64,000 nt of DNA from Calditrichaceae bacterium (GTDB lineage Bacteria; Calditrichota; Calditrichia; Calditrichales; JBFXGD01), in contig JBFXLE010000002.1 of the NCBI GenBank assembly GCA_050173015.1, positions 96,001 to 160,000 of the forward strand, written 5' to 3'. The notes beneath the pieces are model-generated. The model did not search any database and had not been told where the DNA came from. It saw only the letters and a list, made by a program, of their open reading frames with translations. The number at the start of each line of letters is the position of its first letter. The stretch's first letter is position 1. The position numbers and the translations under genes are program-made. Shown piece after piece: positions 51,770-62,179 of the stretch.

Positions 51770-53776
51770 ATGCTTACTCTTGTTGAAAAAGCCTTATTCA
51801 TTGTGTTTGCATTCTTATCCGTATTCTACACCTGGAAAACCTTTTCTGTGCTGAGCAAGGTGATTATGCGGGGAGAGGGAAAACTGCATCTTGATCATTT
51901 TATGTCCCGACTGATTGAGGCAATTTCTGTTTTTACAACCCAAAAAACGGTTCTAAAAAACAGGCCTTTTGTGAGTTTTCTTCACGCGCTTCTCGCCTGG
52001 GCGTTTACCCTATACTTTTTGGTAAATGTAGGAGATGTGCTTACCGGGTATATCCCTGATTTTCATTTCATGGGCAAAGGACTCATTGGAAATATTTACA
52101 GGGTTTTTGTGGATTTCTTTAGTGTTTTTGCGCTTATTTCCGTCGCTTATTTCTTGACTCGCAGATTTGTTTTTAACTCGGCGCGTTTAACCATAAGGGA
52201 AAATGTTTTATTAACTGACGCTGCCCGAAAAGGAATGAGAAAAGATTCTCTCATTGTAGGTCTTTTTATTTTCCTGCATGTGGGCTTCCGGTTTATCGGT
52301 GAAAGTTTTACACTCCAAATGGCGGGTCCGGATACCTGGCAGCCTCTTGCCTCAGGAGTTTCTGTACTATGGAGCGGCATGAGCCCGGAATCGCTTGAAA
52401 TAATGCAGCATGTTTCCTGGTGGTTGGCACTGGGTCTGATACTCGCATTTATTCCCTACTTTCCGAGCAGCAAGCATGTCCACCTTTTCCTGGGGCCGAT
52501 CAACTTTTTGACAAAACCGCAACGCAGCGCGCCCGGAACGCTGGAACGCATTGACTTTGAGGCGGAAGATGCTGAACAGTTCGGAGTTGCAAAACTGGAG
52601 CATCTGGATAAAACCCAGATTCTTGACGCGTACGCCTGCATCATGTGTAACCGTTGTCAGGATGTCTGTCCAGCCTACATCACCGGTAAAGAACTAAGCC
52701 CGTCAGCTCTTGAAGTCAATAAACGCTATTTTATTAATCAGAATAAACATAAAATCGCCGCGGGTGAAGATACAGGCGCGGCATTGCTGGAGTATGCCAT
52801 AAGCGAATCGGCATTGTGGGCATGTACAAGCTGCGCGGCATGCGTTGAAGTTTGTCCCGTGGGCAACGAACCGATGTATGATATATTAAACATCCGCCGT
52901 GACCGGGTATTGATGGAATCCAGTTTTCCAAAAGAGCTTCAGGGTGCATACAATGGCATGGAACGGAACCAAAATCCATGGAATATAAACGAAGACAGGC
53001 TTAAATGGGCCAGTGAAGACGAGACAATCACAGTAAAAACCGTCGAAGAAAATCCGGATTATGATATATTGTACTGGGTTGGTTGTGCCGGCGCTTTTGA
53101 GCAACGAGGGCAGGAAATTGCCAGATCATTTACAAAAATTTTAAATACCGCGAATGTGAATTTCGCCGTTCTCGGGAACAAAGAGAGTTGTACCGGTGAC
53201 AGCGCCAGGAGATCGGGTAATGAATATCTGTTTTCAATGATGGCCGAGGCAAACGTTGAAACACTCAACCAGATAAAGGTCAAAAAAATTGTAACAACAT
53301 GTCCCCATTGCATGCATACATTAAAAAATGAATACCCCCAGTTTGGCGGAAATTATGAAGTTATTCATCACACTCAGTTGATCGAGGATCTTCAGAAAGA
53401 GGGCCGGTTAAACTTGAAGGATACTCCGTCAGGAAAAGTGACTTTCCATGATCCTTGTTATCTCGGACGTCATAACAAGGTTTACGATGCTCCCCGGAAA
53501 AATCTGAAAAACGCGGGTATAGCCGTGCAGGAGATGGATCGAAATCGTGAGAACAGCTTTTGTTGTGGAGCTGGAGGCGCTCAGATGTGGAAGGAAGAGG
53601 AAAACGGGGATGATGCTGTAAGAAGAAACAGATTCCGGGAAGCACAGTCTACCGGCGCCGAAGTGGTCGGAACAGCTTGTCCCTTCTGTATGACGATGAT
53701 GAGAGATGCCGGTAAGGAGCTAGAATCTACCATAAAAATTAAAGACATTGCGGAGATCATCGCAGAACGACTATAA
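51770..53776 (+). CDS. Membrane-bound Fe-S oxidoreductase (FadF/HdrD-like)
   Basis: N-terminal TM region with His residues, two CxxCxxCxxxCP motifs, two Cys-rich CCG-type domains (CTGD...CPHC; HDPC...CCGAG...CPFC). Confidence 0.88.
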   Translation: MLTLVEKALFIVFAFLSVFYTWKTFSVLSKVIMRGEGKLHLDHFMSRLIEAISVFTTQKTVLKNRPFVSFLHALLAWAFTLYFLVNVGDVLTGYIPDFHFMGKGLIGNIYRVFVDFFSVFALISVAYFLTRRFVFNSARLTIRENVLLTDAARKGMRKDSLIVGLFIFLHVGFRFIGESFTLQMAGPDTWQPLASGVSVLWSGMSPESLEIMQHVSWWLALGLILAFIPYFPSSKHVHLFLGPINFLTKPQRSAPGTLERIDFEAEDAEQFGVAKLEHLDKTQILDAYACIMCNRCQDVCPAYITGKELSPSALEVNKRYFINQNKHKIAAGEDTGAALLEYAISESALWACTSCAACVEVCPVGNEPMYDILNIRRDRVLMESSFPKELQGAYNGMERNQNPWNINEDRLKWASEDETITVKTVEENPDYDILYWVGCAGAFEQRGQEIARSFTKILNTANVNFAVLGNKESCTGDSARRSGNEYLFSMMAEANVETLNQIKVKKIVTTCPHCMHTLKNEYPQFGGNYEVIHHTQLIEDLQKEGRLNLKDTPSGKVTFHDPCYLGRHNKVYDAPRKNLKNAGIAVQEMDRNRENSFCCGAGGAQMWKEEENGDDAVRRNRFREAQSTGAEVVGTACPFCMTMMRDAGKELESTIKIKDIAEIIAERL

Positions 53777-53804
53777 AATTTATCGGAAACTTGAAATATT
53801 ATGT

Positions 53805-53837
53805 AAAATGCGCTCGCTAAAAGAGCGCATTTTTTTT
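53805..53837 (+). terminator. Rho-independent terminator
   Basis: AAAATGCGCTC / GAGCGCATTTT perfect stem followed by a T-tract. Confidence 0.88.
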
Positions 53838-53859
53838 ATTTATAAGCCGTTGTTCACTT

Positions 53860-53888
53860 TTGACTTTGAGACGGTAATTTCATAAATT
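53860..53888 (+). promoter_or_regulatory. Putative sigma70-type promoter for the tamB-bamA-lpx cluster
   Basis: TTGACT-17 bp-TAAATT immediately after the terminator. Confidence 0.55.
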
Positions 53889-53991
53889 TAAAAGCTTTAT
53901 AAAAAGATAATGTGAGGAACCGGAGATAATTAGATGCGTTTTAAGCATTAGTAATTTTTTTGAATATTTTATGCAAATCGAAAAATAATTG

Positions 53992-56900
53992 ATGAAGAAA
54001 ATAATTTTAATCCTGGCAATAATTCTTTCAGTCTTAGGGGTTTTGATTATGGCCTCGCCGACACTCCTGAGATTGACAGGTTTTGATGAGCCCATAAAAC
54101 GTTATCTTATTGGCAAAATAACCGATTCGAACGATCATCAAATAGATATCCAGAGATTGAATATCGGTCTTAATGCTATTATTATCAACGATGCCACTTT
54201 TATTTCGGGTGATGAAAAATTTAAAATTCTTATTGAAGAAATCAGGTTTGGATTTAATTTCTGGGAACTTTTTTCCCATCCGCTCCAGCCTCAAAAGACG
54301 GTGAATTCGATTACATTGTATAAACCAAGATTAATTGTCAGACAAAATGAAAAGAATATTGATGCCGGAAAAAATGATTTGCCGGACTCAATTTCTTTTG
54401 AGGAAAAACTTCTTAGAGAAATAAGCGCTCTGCATTCAATAAAGAGTATTCTGATTCGGGATGGCCGGTTGATTTGGAAAACGAAAAAGGGTGAATACAT
54501 CGCGTATGCGCAAAATCTTGACGGCTGGCTCCGGACGGAGGATTTTGAAAATATTAGAATTGACGCAACCGGAAATTTACTGTCCGCAACAGATGATAAT
54601 TTTAAGCTTTCAAGCCAGATGAACATTAGTGAAAAAAAAATACGAACCAAACTGGAATTGCTGGATTATCAAATAAACAACTCGCTGTTGCCTCATTTTA
54701 CAAATGAAATTTACGTCGCGATGGGAGTTTTGGATGGTGAACTTATTTTCGAAAACAACGGATTCTCATTGGACAATCTTGTTGTAAACGGAAATCTGAA
54801 TGTACAAAATTTAAATTTTACAGTGGATAATAATAAATTCAATGATGTCAATTTTAAGATTGATATCAAAAATAACCATCTGATTGCCGATAAGGGTAAG
54901 GGTTTATTGTTTGACGCTCCTTTTCTTTTTAAAACGGAAATTCAGAACCTGATTGATCCAACATTCAAAGGGACATTAAATATAAGTAACCTGGCCATTA
55001 AAGATTTTGAAAAATATATAGTGACCAATCAATTTAACGGATCCAGATTTAATATTAATATTGATTATAATCTGAACAAAGATGATCAAAACCTTGATGT
55101 GACAGTTGCCTCCGATTTGATTACATTTTTAAAAGCGCCGATCTCCGATTTTAAAGCGGAAATTAAAATCTCACCGGATAAGATTGAAGTCCCCGGGGCT
55201 GCATGGCATAGTGCAGATCTGGAGTTCTCTACAACGGGCAGCTATGATTTTTCACAGGAGGTGCTGAAAATCTATCTCCGCGGCCGCCATGAGCTTGGTG
55301 AACATCTGATTTTTGACCGGCTTTCAAAAAAGGAGCAGAATCTTTCGCTTGATCTTACATTGGATATCGCTCAAAAAAAAGCAATGGGAGCATGGAATTA
55401 TTCGATTGCGAGACAGGCTGATACTCTGCTGTATGTGGATGGTGATCTCGTCGGAACTGATAAAACTCTTGTTTTAAAACTATTAAAATCAAATGACGAA
55501 AACCTGAAGGCATCATTCAGAATAGATGATTATCTTTCCATCCCGGTTATCTCTGACGCTGAATTACGGAATTTCCCTTTTGAGCGTTTTACATCGGAAC
55601 CTTTTGTCCATGATCTGTTGAACAGATTTGGGACTGATATGAATTTGTCGGGATCAATCAATAATCTGAAAGGTAATATCTCCGTCGTTGATCAAAAAAA
55701 CGAAAAATCAATATTCCATTTGAATACAACTATCCATAACTTATTAAAATCACACAGACAGATTTCAGGTGATATAGAATTGCGTCAATTGAGCGGCGGA
55801 TTCGATTTTGATCTGAGCAACGATTTTCTTGGAGGTTCCTTTGAATTTCCGGAAGGGATCACGGGCGAGCTGTATCTCGATCTGGCAAAAGAGGAACAGC
55901 TATCTGGCAATATCCACATCACTGATTTTAATGTGATACAAGCCTTCACAGATTCGGCATTTAAAGATGATTTCAGATTGCAGGGAAGCATTAACGGAGA
56001 TGTTGAAGTTTCGGGAACGTTTTCTGATCCGAAAATATATGCCCATCTTTATGGTGACAAATTTGTTTTTAATGAGATCGGTTACTATCAGACAGAAGTG
56101 AATTTGTTTGCGGATAAAACTAAAATTAGTCTGGACTCCATTAATATTACTCTTAACAATGTTCCTATTCTTCAAGGCGAAGCGGGACTATCTGTTTTAA
56201 GTAATCGCATTGACGGGTATTTTTACGGGAATGAAATTGATGTTGAGCAGATGTTGGCGACTTTTGTAGATGAAAGCAGATCAATCTCAGGTACAGGTTC
56301 TTACTCCATGAGGCTAAGCGGGACTGTTTTGTCCCCTCAGATCGATGCTTCAGTCCATCTAAATGACGGTAGTATCGGGGATATTGGATTTGACAGTCTG
56401 AATGTGGTCTTAAGGGATAATGTTGTTGTCGATGGAAATGCCTATGATTACAGGGATCATCGAATTTACCTGGAAAATCTGTATCTCGCCCGACAGGGGC
56501 AATATCATCTGAACAGTGTCGGTACTTTTCCACTGAATTCAGCCGATGAAATAGATGTAGCGTTAAAATTTGACGGTGACTTGCTTGGGTTACTGCATTA
56601 CTGGCAGCCTTTCTTCGAAGATGGCGCGTCACTTTGCGATGTCAGTTTGAAAATCACCGGAACGCCTGATAATTTAAAGTTTGAGAGTGGCCGTATCCAG
56701 ATCGAACGGGGAGAACTATGGCTAAAAAATGTGGTGCGTCATATTGAAAACATAAGTGGCGCCATAGAGTTAGAAGAAGGAACTAATGAAGTCAATATTA
56801 TAAATCTTAAAGCAAGTGTTGGTCAGGACACCCTTACTTTGAATTCGGTCAGGGATATTGTCACCTCATCGAAACGAAAACTTGAAGACTGGTATTTTAA

Positions 56901-58143
56901 GGGAATTGATTTAAACTTTGGTATTTTAAAGATGGAGACCACCGGCAGAGGGGTGGAATTAAATATTCCCGGTTTGATGTACCCGGCTGATCGGGGACAG
57001 CTTAAGGTTAGCGGAAAAAATGACGGCGAATATTTTTATTTTGCCGGACCGGTTCGTCATCCTTTAGCTTATGGAAAAGTAACAGTTTACAATGCGAGGT
57101 TGACATTCCCGTTTCTTATCGAGTCCAATGAACATTCCGAACCTTCAACGGTAGTACAGTTTCTAAGCAACATGGAGTGGGACATCCACGTTAAGTCCGG
57201 TGAAGATGTTCTTTATACCCGTGACATTCCCGCATATATCGACAATGTACATGCCGAATTGTTTGTGGATGAATCAAGCGCCGGGCTTGATTTTACAGGT
57301 ATTCTCAGTAAAGATAATCTTCGCGCCGCCGGTAGCCTGACATCTACCAGAGGACGCCTCGAATATCTTGATCAGAATTTCCGTGTGGACCGGTTTACGG
57401 TGGATTTTACAAAATATGATATATTTCCTGATGTATCGGGAAGAGCTTGGACAGCCATCAGGGACACGGTGGGTGATATTCCAAAAACAATTTATTTGCA
57501 GCTATATGTTGTTGACCCTGAAACAGGACAGGAACAACAGAGAGGCAGTTGGGAAGATTTTAAATTTAAACTGGTTTCTGCTGAAAGTAATGTCGGGGAA
57601 ACTCAAGAACAAGTACTGGGTTATCTCGGTTATTCCGTTGACAATATAAAAGAAAAAGCAACCAGTGTCGGGGGAGCGGTTACCGAACGATTCCTGATCC
57701 GGCCATTGCTGCGTCCCATCGAAAGAGCTTTGGAGCGAAGTTTGGGAATGGATTTAGTGAGATTTAATTCCAGCATTGCAAGGAATCTATTCTACAGCAG
57801 TCTCGGTGCTCAAAACGATTTACAAAATGGATCATCCTATATCAATCCGTTTTCAACGAGTGCTCCGTATCTTTTCCTGATGCAGAGCTCTGAAGTAACA
57901 GTCGGTAAATATTTGACTCAAAATTTGTACCTGTCATACACGGGACAGCTCGTTTCAGTCTACGATCAATCGGAAACCGGTTTTGACATGAATCATTCTG
58001 TCGGAATCGAATACAGGTTCCTGCGGAACGTTTTACTGGAAATTGAGTATGACCGTGAGTTGATGGGTTATTATCAGGTATTAAAAGAAAGACAGTACCT
58101 GGAAGATTTTAAAATCCGATTAAGGCATTCATTTTCATTCTAA
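53992..58143 (+). CDS. AsmA/TamB-like large periplasm-spanning protein
   Basis: N-terminal anchor, ~1380 aa of beta-rich repeats (G.....P...G.L), C-terminal VGKYLTQNLYLSY typical of TamB/DUF490; abuts bamA. Confidence 0.72.
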   Translation: MKKIILILAIILSVLGVLIMASPTLLRLTGFDEPIKRYLIGKITDSNDHQIDIQRLNIGLNAIIINDATFISGDEKFKILIEEIRFGFNFWELFSHPLQPQKTVNSITLYKPRLIVRQNEKNIDAGKNDLPDSISFEEKLLREISALHSIKSILIRDGRLIWKTKKGEYIAYAQNLDGWLRTEDFENIRIDATGNLLSATDDNFKLSSQMNISEKKIRTKLELLDYQINNSLLPHFTNEIYVAMGVLDGELIFENNGFSLDNLVVNGNLNVQNLNFTVDNNKFNDVNFKIDIKNNHLIADKGKGLLFDAPFLFKTEIQNLIDPTFKGTLNISNLAIKDFEKYIVTNQFNGSRFNINIDYNLNKDDQNLDVTVASDLITFLKAPISDFKAEIKISPDKIEVPGAAWHSADLEFSTTGSYDFSQEVLKIYLRGRHELGEHLIFDRLSKKEQNLSLDLTLDIAQKKAMGAWNYSIARQADTLLYVDGDLVGTDKTLVLKLLKSNDENLKASFRIDDYLSIPVISDAELRNFPFERFTSEPFVHDLLNRFGTDMNLSGSINNLKGNISVVDQKNEKSIFHLNTTIHNLLKSHRQISGDIELRQLSGGFDFDLSNDFLGGSFEFPEGITGELYLDLAKEEQLSGNIHITDFNVIQAFTDSAFKDDFRLQGSINGDVEVSGTFSDPKIYAHLYGDKFVFNEIGYYQTEVNLFADKTKISLDSINITLNNVPILQGEAGLSVLSNRIDGYFYGNEIDVEQMLATFVDESRSISGTGSYSMRLSGTVLSPQIDASVHLNDGSIGDIGFDSLNVVLRDNVVVDGNAYDYRDHRIYLENLYLARQGQYHLNSVGTFPLNSADEIDVALKFDGDLLGLLHYWQPFFEDGASLCDVSLKITGTPDNLKFESGRIQIERGELWLKNVVRHIENISGAIELEEGTNEVNIINLKASVGQDTLTLNSVRDIVTSSKRKLEDWYFKGIDLNFGILKMETTGRGVELNIPGLMYPADRGQLKVSGKNDGEYFYFAGPVRHPLAYGKVTVYNARLTFPFLIESNEHSEPSTVVQFLSNMEWDIHVKSGEDVLYTRDIPAYIDNVHAELFVDESSAGLDFTGILSKDNLRAAGSLTSTRGRLEYLDQNFRVDRFTVDFTKYDIFPDVSGRAWTAIRDTVGDIPKTIYLQLYVVDPETGQEQQRGSWEDFKFKLVSAESNVGETQEQVLGYLGYSVDNIKEKATSVGGAVTERFLIRPLLRPIERALERSLGMDLVRFNSSIARNLFYSSLGAQNDLQNGSSYINPFSTSAPYLFLMQSSEVTVGKYLTQNLYLSYTGQLVSVYDQSETGFDMNHSVGIEYRFLRNVLLEIEYDRELMGYYQVLKERQYLEDFKIRLRHSFSF

Positions 58144-58144
58144 C

Positions 58145-60478
58145 ATGGAGGATAATGTGCGGAAATTATTTCTGTTATTTTTTCTGCTTCTGGTCGTAGT
58201 GACATTGCACGCACAAGTACAAAAAGTAAAAATTAATTCCATCGCGGTGGAAGGGAACAAGAGCGCCGATGCCAGCTCAATCCGCTTAAATTCAGGTCTG
58301 TCGGCAGGCATGGAAATCACGGGAGAGGATCTACAGCAGGCCGTCCGAAATCTCTGGGCCCTAAGGATTTTTTCAGATATTCAGATTTATGTAACAAACC
58401 AAACCATCAACGGGCTTGATCTGATTATCAAAGTTGATGAATACCCGAGACTCAATAAAGTAGAAATAAAAGGAAATAAGAAGCTCTCTACAAATGATGT
58501 AAAGGATGAGATAAATACTTATAGGGGTATGGTCGTTACCGCAAATAAGATTTTTAATATGAAGAAATCCCTTGAAAGCAAATACCGTGAAAAGGGGTAT
58601 CTGCTGGCAAAAGTAAATATTGATACAACTCACTTTGCGGAAAGCAGAGTTGATCTTGTTATCAATATTCAGGAAGGGGATGAAGTACAGGTCAAAAAAA
58701 TCCGTTTTCATAGTAATAAGAGTTTTAAGGATGGTGATCTGAGAGGCAAGATGGACGATATCAAGGAAGACCGTTGGTGGAGAGGCGCGGATTTTGATCC
58801 TAAAAAATTTGAAGAAGATAAGAAAAAAATCGTCCAGTTTTATAAGGAGCACGGTTTCCGTGATGCTGAGATCGTAAAAGATTCCTTGTCATATAATGAG
58901 AAAAAAACCGACTTGTTTATCGATATCTGGGTTTACGAAGGAAATAAATATTATTTCGGAGATATAAATTTTACCGGAAATACCATATTTTCACAAGATG
59001 AGCTTCGGTCGTCACTTGATCTGGGAAAAGGTGATATCTATGATCAGAAAAAGTATGATGAGGGGATTCGTGACCGGCTGCAGAAGATGTATTATAATCA
59101 GGGATATTTATTCGCGAGTATTCAACCGAAAGAAATACCGGTGAGCAAGGACACCCTTAATGTCGATTTTAATATTATTGAGGGCCACGTTGTTCATGTT
59201 AAAGAAATTTTGATAAACGGAAACACAAAAACAAATGAAAAAGTAATTCGGCGTGAATTTAAAATCCACCCCGGTGATGTCTTCAACAGCGCAAAATTGG
59301 AGCGTTCGATCCGTGATTTGATGATTCTAAATTATTTCGCGAACGTAAATCCCGATGTAAGACTGATTGGAAATGATGATCAGAATGTCAATCTGCAGAT
59401 TGATGTGGAAGAAAAATCGACAGATATGGCGAACATGTCGGCGGGTTACAGCCAGCGTGACGGTCTTATCGGGAGTTTAGGTTTAACATTTAATAATTTT
59501 TCTCTAAAACATCCGTTTTCCGGTGGAGATGGACAAAGGCTGTCTTTTGACTGGCAATTCGGGGATGTTTATCGTTCAGTTTCTATAAGCTTCACAGAGC
59601 CCTGGCTTTTTGATACGCCTACTTTAGCCGGTTTTTCAGTTTTTGATACACGAAGCGGTGGTAGTTACTATTCGTGGGACAGAAGAGATCAGGGTGCGAC
59701 TTTAAGAATCGGGAGAAGGTTTTTCTGGCCTGACAACTACTTCCGCGGTGACTGGATCCTGAGATATGCCGAGACGTTGATTACAGATATCACCGACCCC
59801 GATCTTATTGAAAGATATCGCCTGGACGGCACAGAGGACAGGACAACGCAATTAAGCCTGACGCAGATAATTTCGAGAGACAGCCGGAATAATCCCGAAT
59901 TCCCGACCTGGGGTTCTGTCCATTCCTTATCGACAGAATTATCAGGAGGACCGCTCGGAGGCAGTCAGGATTTCTTCAAAGCGATTTTGAACGCTGAGTG
60001 GTACATACCTTTACCGTTCGGACTTGTTCTGTACAGCAAGAACAAATACGGTATTATTGAAACTTTAAAAGGAAATGAATCATCTCTTTACGGAGAATAC
60101 TTTTATGTCGGCGGCAGCGGGCTTGGATTCTCCGAGGGGCTTCGCGGTTACGATGACGGTGAAGTCGGCCCTCTTACATCAAGTGGAAATCCGCTTGGGG
60201 GAACAGCCATGGCCGTCAATTCTATGGAGCTGCGTTTCCCGATCGCCCCGAACCCGACTATTTTTGGACTATTGTTTGCTGAAGGCGGAAATGCATGGGA
60301 GCGAACCGGACAGCTGGATCCGTTTGACTTGAAACGTTCGGTAGGCGCGGGAATTAGATTATTCATGCCTATGATTGGTATCATCGGAATCGATTTTGGT
60401 TATGGATTTGATTATATCGATGAATACGGGCACAGAACAGGTGACTGGAAAGTACATTTTCAATTTGGAAGATTTTAA
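58145..60478 (+). CDS. bamA: Outer membrane protein assembly factor BamA
   Basis: Signal peptide, POTRA repeats (GN..., GNTKTNEKVIRRE), barrel motif LRGY, terminal aromatic FQFGRF. Confidence 0.95.
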   Translation: MEDNVRKLFLLFFLLLVVVTLHAQVQKVKINSIAVEGNKSADASSIRLNSGLSAGMEITGEDLQQAVRNLWALRIFSDIQIYVTNQTINGLDLIIKVDEYPRLNKVEIKGNKKLSTNDVKDEINTYRGMVVTANKIFNMKKSLESKYREKGYLLAKVNIDTTHFAESRVDLVINIQEGDEVQVKKIRFHSNKSFKDGDLRGKMDDIKEDRWWRGADFDPKKFEEDKKKIVQFYKEHGFRDAEIVKDSLSYNEKKTDLFIDIWVYEGNKYYFGDINFTGNTIFSQDELRSSLDLGKGDIYDQKKYDEGIRDRLQKMYYNQGYLFASIQPKEIPVSKDTLNVDFNIIEGHVVHVKEILINGNTKTNEKVIRREFKIHPGDVFNSAKLERSIRDLMILNYFANVNPDVRLIGNDDQNVNLQIDVEEKSTDMANMSAGYSQRDGLIGSLGLTFNNFSLKHPFSGGDGQRLSFDWQFGDVYRSVSISFTEPWLFDTPTLAGFSVFDTRSGGSYYSWDRRDQGATLRIGRRFFWPDNYFRGDWILRYAETLITDITDPDLIERYRLDGTEDRTTQLSLTQIISRDSRNNPEFPTWGSVHSLSTELSGGPLGGSQDFFKAILNAEWYIPLPFGLVLYSKNKYGIIETLKGNESSLYGEYFYVGGSGLGFSEGLRGYDDGEVGPLTSSGNPLGGTAMAVNSMELRFPIAPNPTIFGLLFAEGGNAWERTGQLDPFDLKRSVGAGIRLFMPMIGIIGIDFGYGFDYIDEYGHRTGDWKVHFQFGRF

Positions 60479-60567
60479 CATTTTATTTAAATTAAAAAAT
60501 TATTGGAATCGGATCGGGTGAATTTACCTGTTTCAGATCAATCATCATTCGAAATTAGGAGGTTACT

Positions 60568-61110
60568 GTGAAGTTAGTAAAAATGTTAAGTGTTGTTATC
60601 TTGAGTTTGGTTCTTGCTGCTCCGGCGATGGCACAGAAATTTGCCTTTGTACAATCACAAAGAATCCTTGCAGAGTATAAAGAATATACTGATGCGCAGA
60701 ACAAACTCGATGAAATTCGTAACCGCTATGACGCTGAGTATCAGCAGATGGTTAAAGAGTACAACACAATGATTCAGGAAATTGATTCTCAGAGTCTGCT
60801 CTTAAGCCCGGAGAAAAAAGAAGAAAAAATGCGCCAGGCTCAGGAAAAAGCAGTCCAGATCGAACGTTATAAATACGAAAAATTAGGACCTGAAGGTGAA
60901 TTCTATCGCAAAAACCTCGAACTCACCAAACCGATCATTGATAAAATAAATGATCTGATCGCGAAAGTCGGTGAAGAAGACGGGTATGATTTTATTTTTG
61001 ACGCGTCTTCCGGCGCATTAGTGCATGCACTGCCGAAATTTGATATAACAGATAAGATTTTAGTGGAATTGAATAAAATAAAGAGTGCCGCAACCACAAA
61101 AGCTAAATAA
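60568..61110 (+). CDS. skp: OmpH/Skp periplasmic chaperone
   Basis: Signal peptide, KFAFV, coiled coil, GYDFIFD...DITD; located between bamA and lpxD. Confidence 0.92.
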   Translation: MKLVKMLSVVILSLVLAAPAMAQKFAFVQSQRILAEYKEYTDAQNKLDEIRNRYDAEYQQMVKEYNTMIQEIDSQSLLLSPEKKEEKMRQAQEKAVQIERYKYEKLGPEGEFYRKNLELTKPIIDKINDLIAKVGEEDGYDFIFDASSGALVHALPKFDITDKILVELNKIKSAATTKAK

Positions 61111-61126
61111 TCCCGGATCACACTAA

Positions 61127-62179
61127 ATGACATTATACGAAATCGCAGAATATTTAGGCGGTGAACTTCATGGTCCGCATGATCTTGAAATTAGCGGGCC
61201 CGCAAAGATTGAAAATGCCAAAACGGGGCATATTACATTTATCGCCAATCCTAAATATAAACAATATCTCTCGTCGACCGAGGCGAGCGCGGTAATTGTT
61301 GATGATAAAAATAAAGATGTTGAAATGCCTCATATAGTGGTTGAAGACGCCTATATTGGGTTTCTCATGCTGCTAAAATTGTACTCGCCGCCTCAGCATG
61401 AATATATTAAAGGGATATCCGGCGATGCATATATTGATAAATCTGCCAAAATATCCGCATCATCCCGTATTGCATCGATGGCATACATTGGTCCAAATGT
61501 AAAAATTGGAGATAATACGATCATTTATCCCGGCGTTGTTCTGCTGCGAGATGTAACCGTTGGTAACGATTCGGTTATTTACCCCAATGTAAGTGTACGT
61601 GAAGATTGCGTAATCGGTGACCGGGTGATTCTTCATAACGGATGCGTTATTGGAAGCGATGGCTTCGGGTTTGCGCCCGATGGTGAAAAATACAAAAAAA
61701 TACCTCAGCTGGGCCGGGTGGTGGTGGAAGACGATGTTGAGATCGGCGCCAATACGACGATTGACCGCGCAACAATGGGGGACACTTTGATTCTAAAGGG
61801 ATCAAAAATTGATAATCTGGTTCAGATTGCGCATAATGTGACGATTGGCGAGAATTCTGTCGTCGCCGCTCAGGCGGGGATTTCCGGAAGTACACATGTT
61901 GGTTCACATGTTACTATAGCAGGGCAGGTTGGAATTGTTGGGCATATTAAAATTGGTGATAATGCGATGATTGCCGCGAAAAGCGGGATTTCCAAGGATG
62001 TGCCATCCAAGGCGGTCTATTTTGGAATCCCGGCGTTACCAATTATGCAGCAAAAACGTATTGATGTAAGTCTGAAACATCTTCCTGATATGGTTAAAAA
62101 AATTCATCAGCTTGAGAATGAAATCATTCAGCTTAAGGAAGAACTCAGCAAGTTGAATAATCGGAGTGTGGATGATTAA
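61127..62179 (+). CDS. lpxD: UDP-3-O-acylglucosamine N-acyltransferase
   Basis: Hexapeptide repeats, [31 protein letters not shown]. Confidence 0.97.
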   Translation: MTLYEIAEYLGGELHGPHDLEISGPAKIENAKTGHITFIANPKYKQYLSSTEASAVIVDDKNKDVEMPHIVVEDAYIGFLMLLKLYSPPQHEYIKGISGDAYIDKSAKISASSRIASMAYIGPNVKIGDNTIIYPGVVLLRDVTVGNDSVIYPNVSVREDCVIGDRVILHNGCVIGSDGFGFAPDGEKYKKIPQLGRVVVEDDVEIGANTTIDRATMGDTLILKGSKIDNLVQIAHNVTIGENSVVAAQAGISGSTHVGSHVTIAGQVGIVGHIKIGDNAMIAAKSGISKDVPSKAVYFGIPALPIMQQKRIDVSLKHLPDMVKKIHQLENEIIQLKEELSKLNNRSVDD

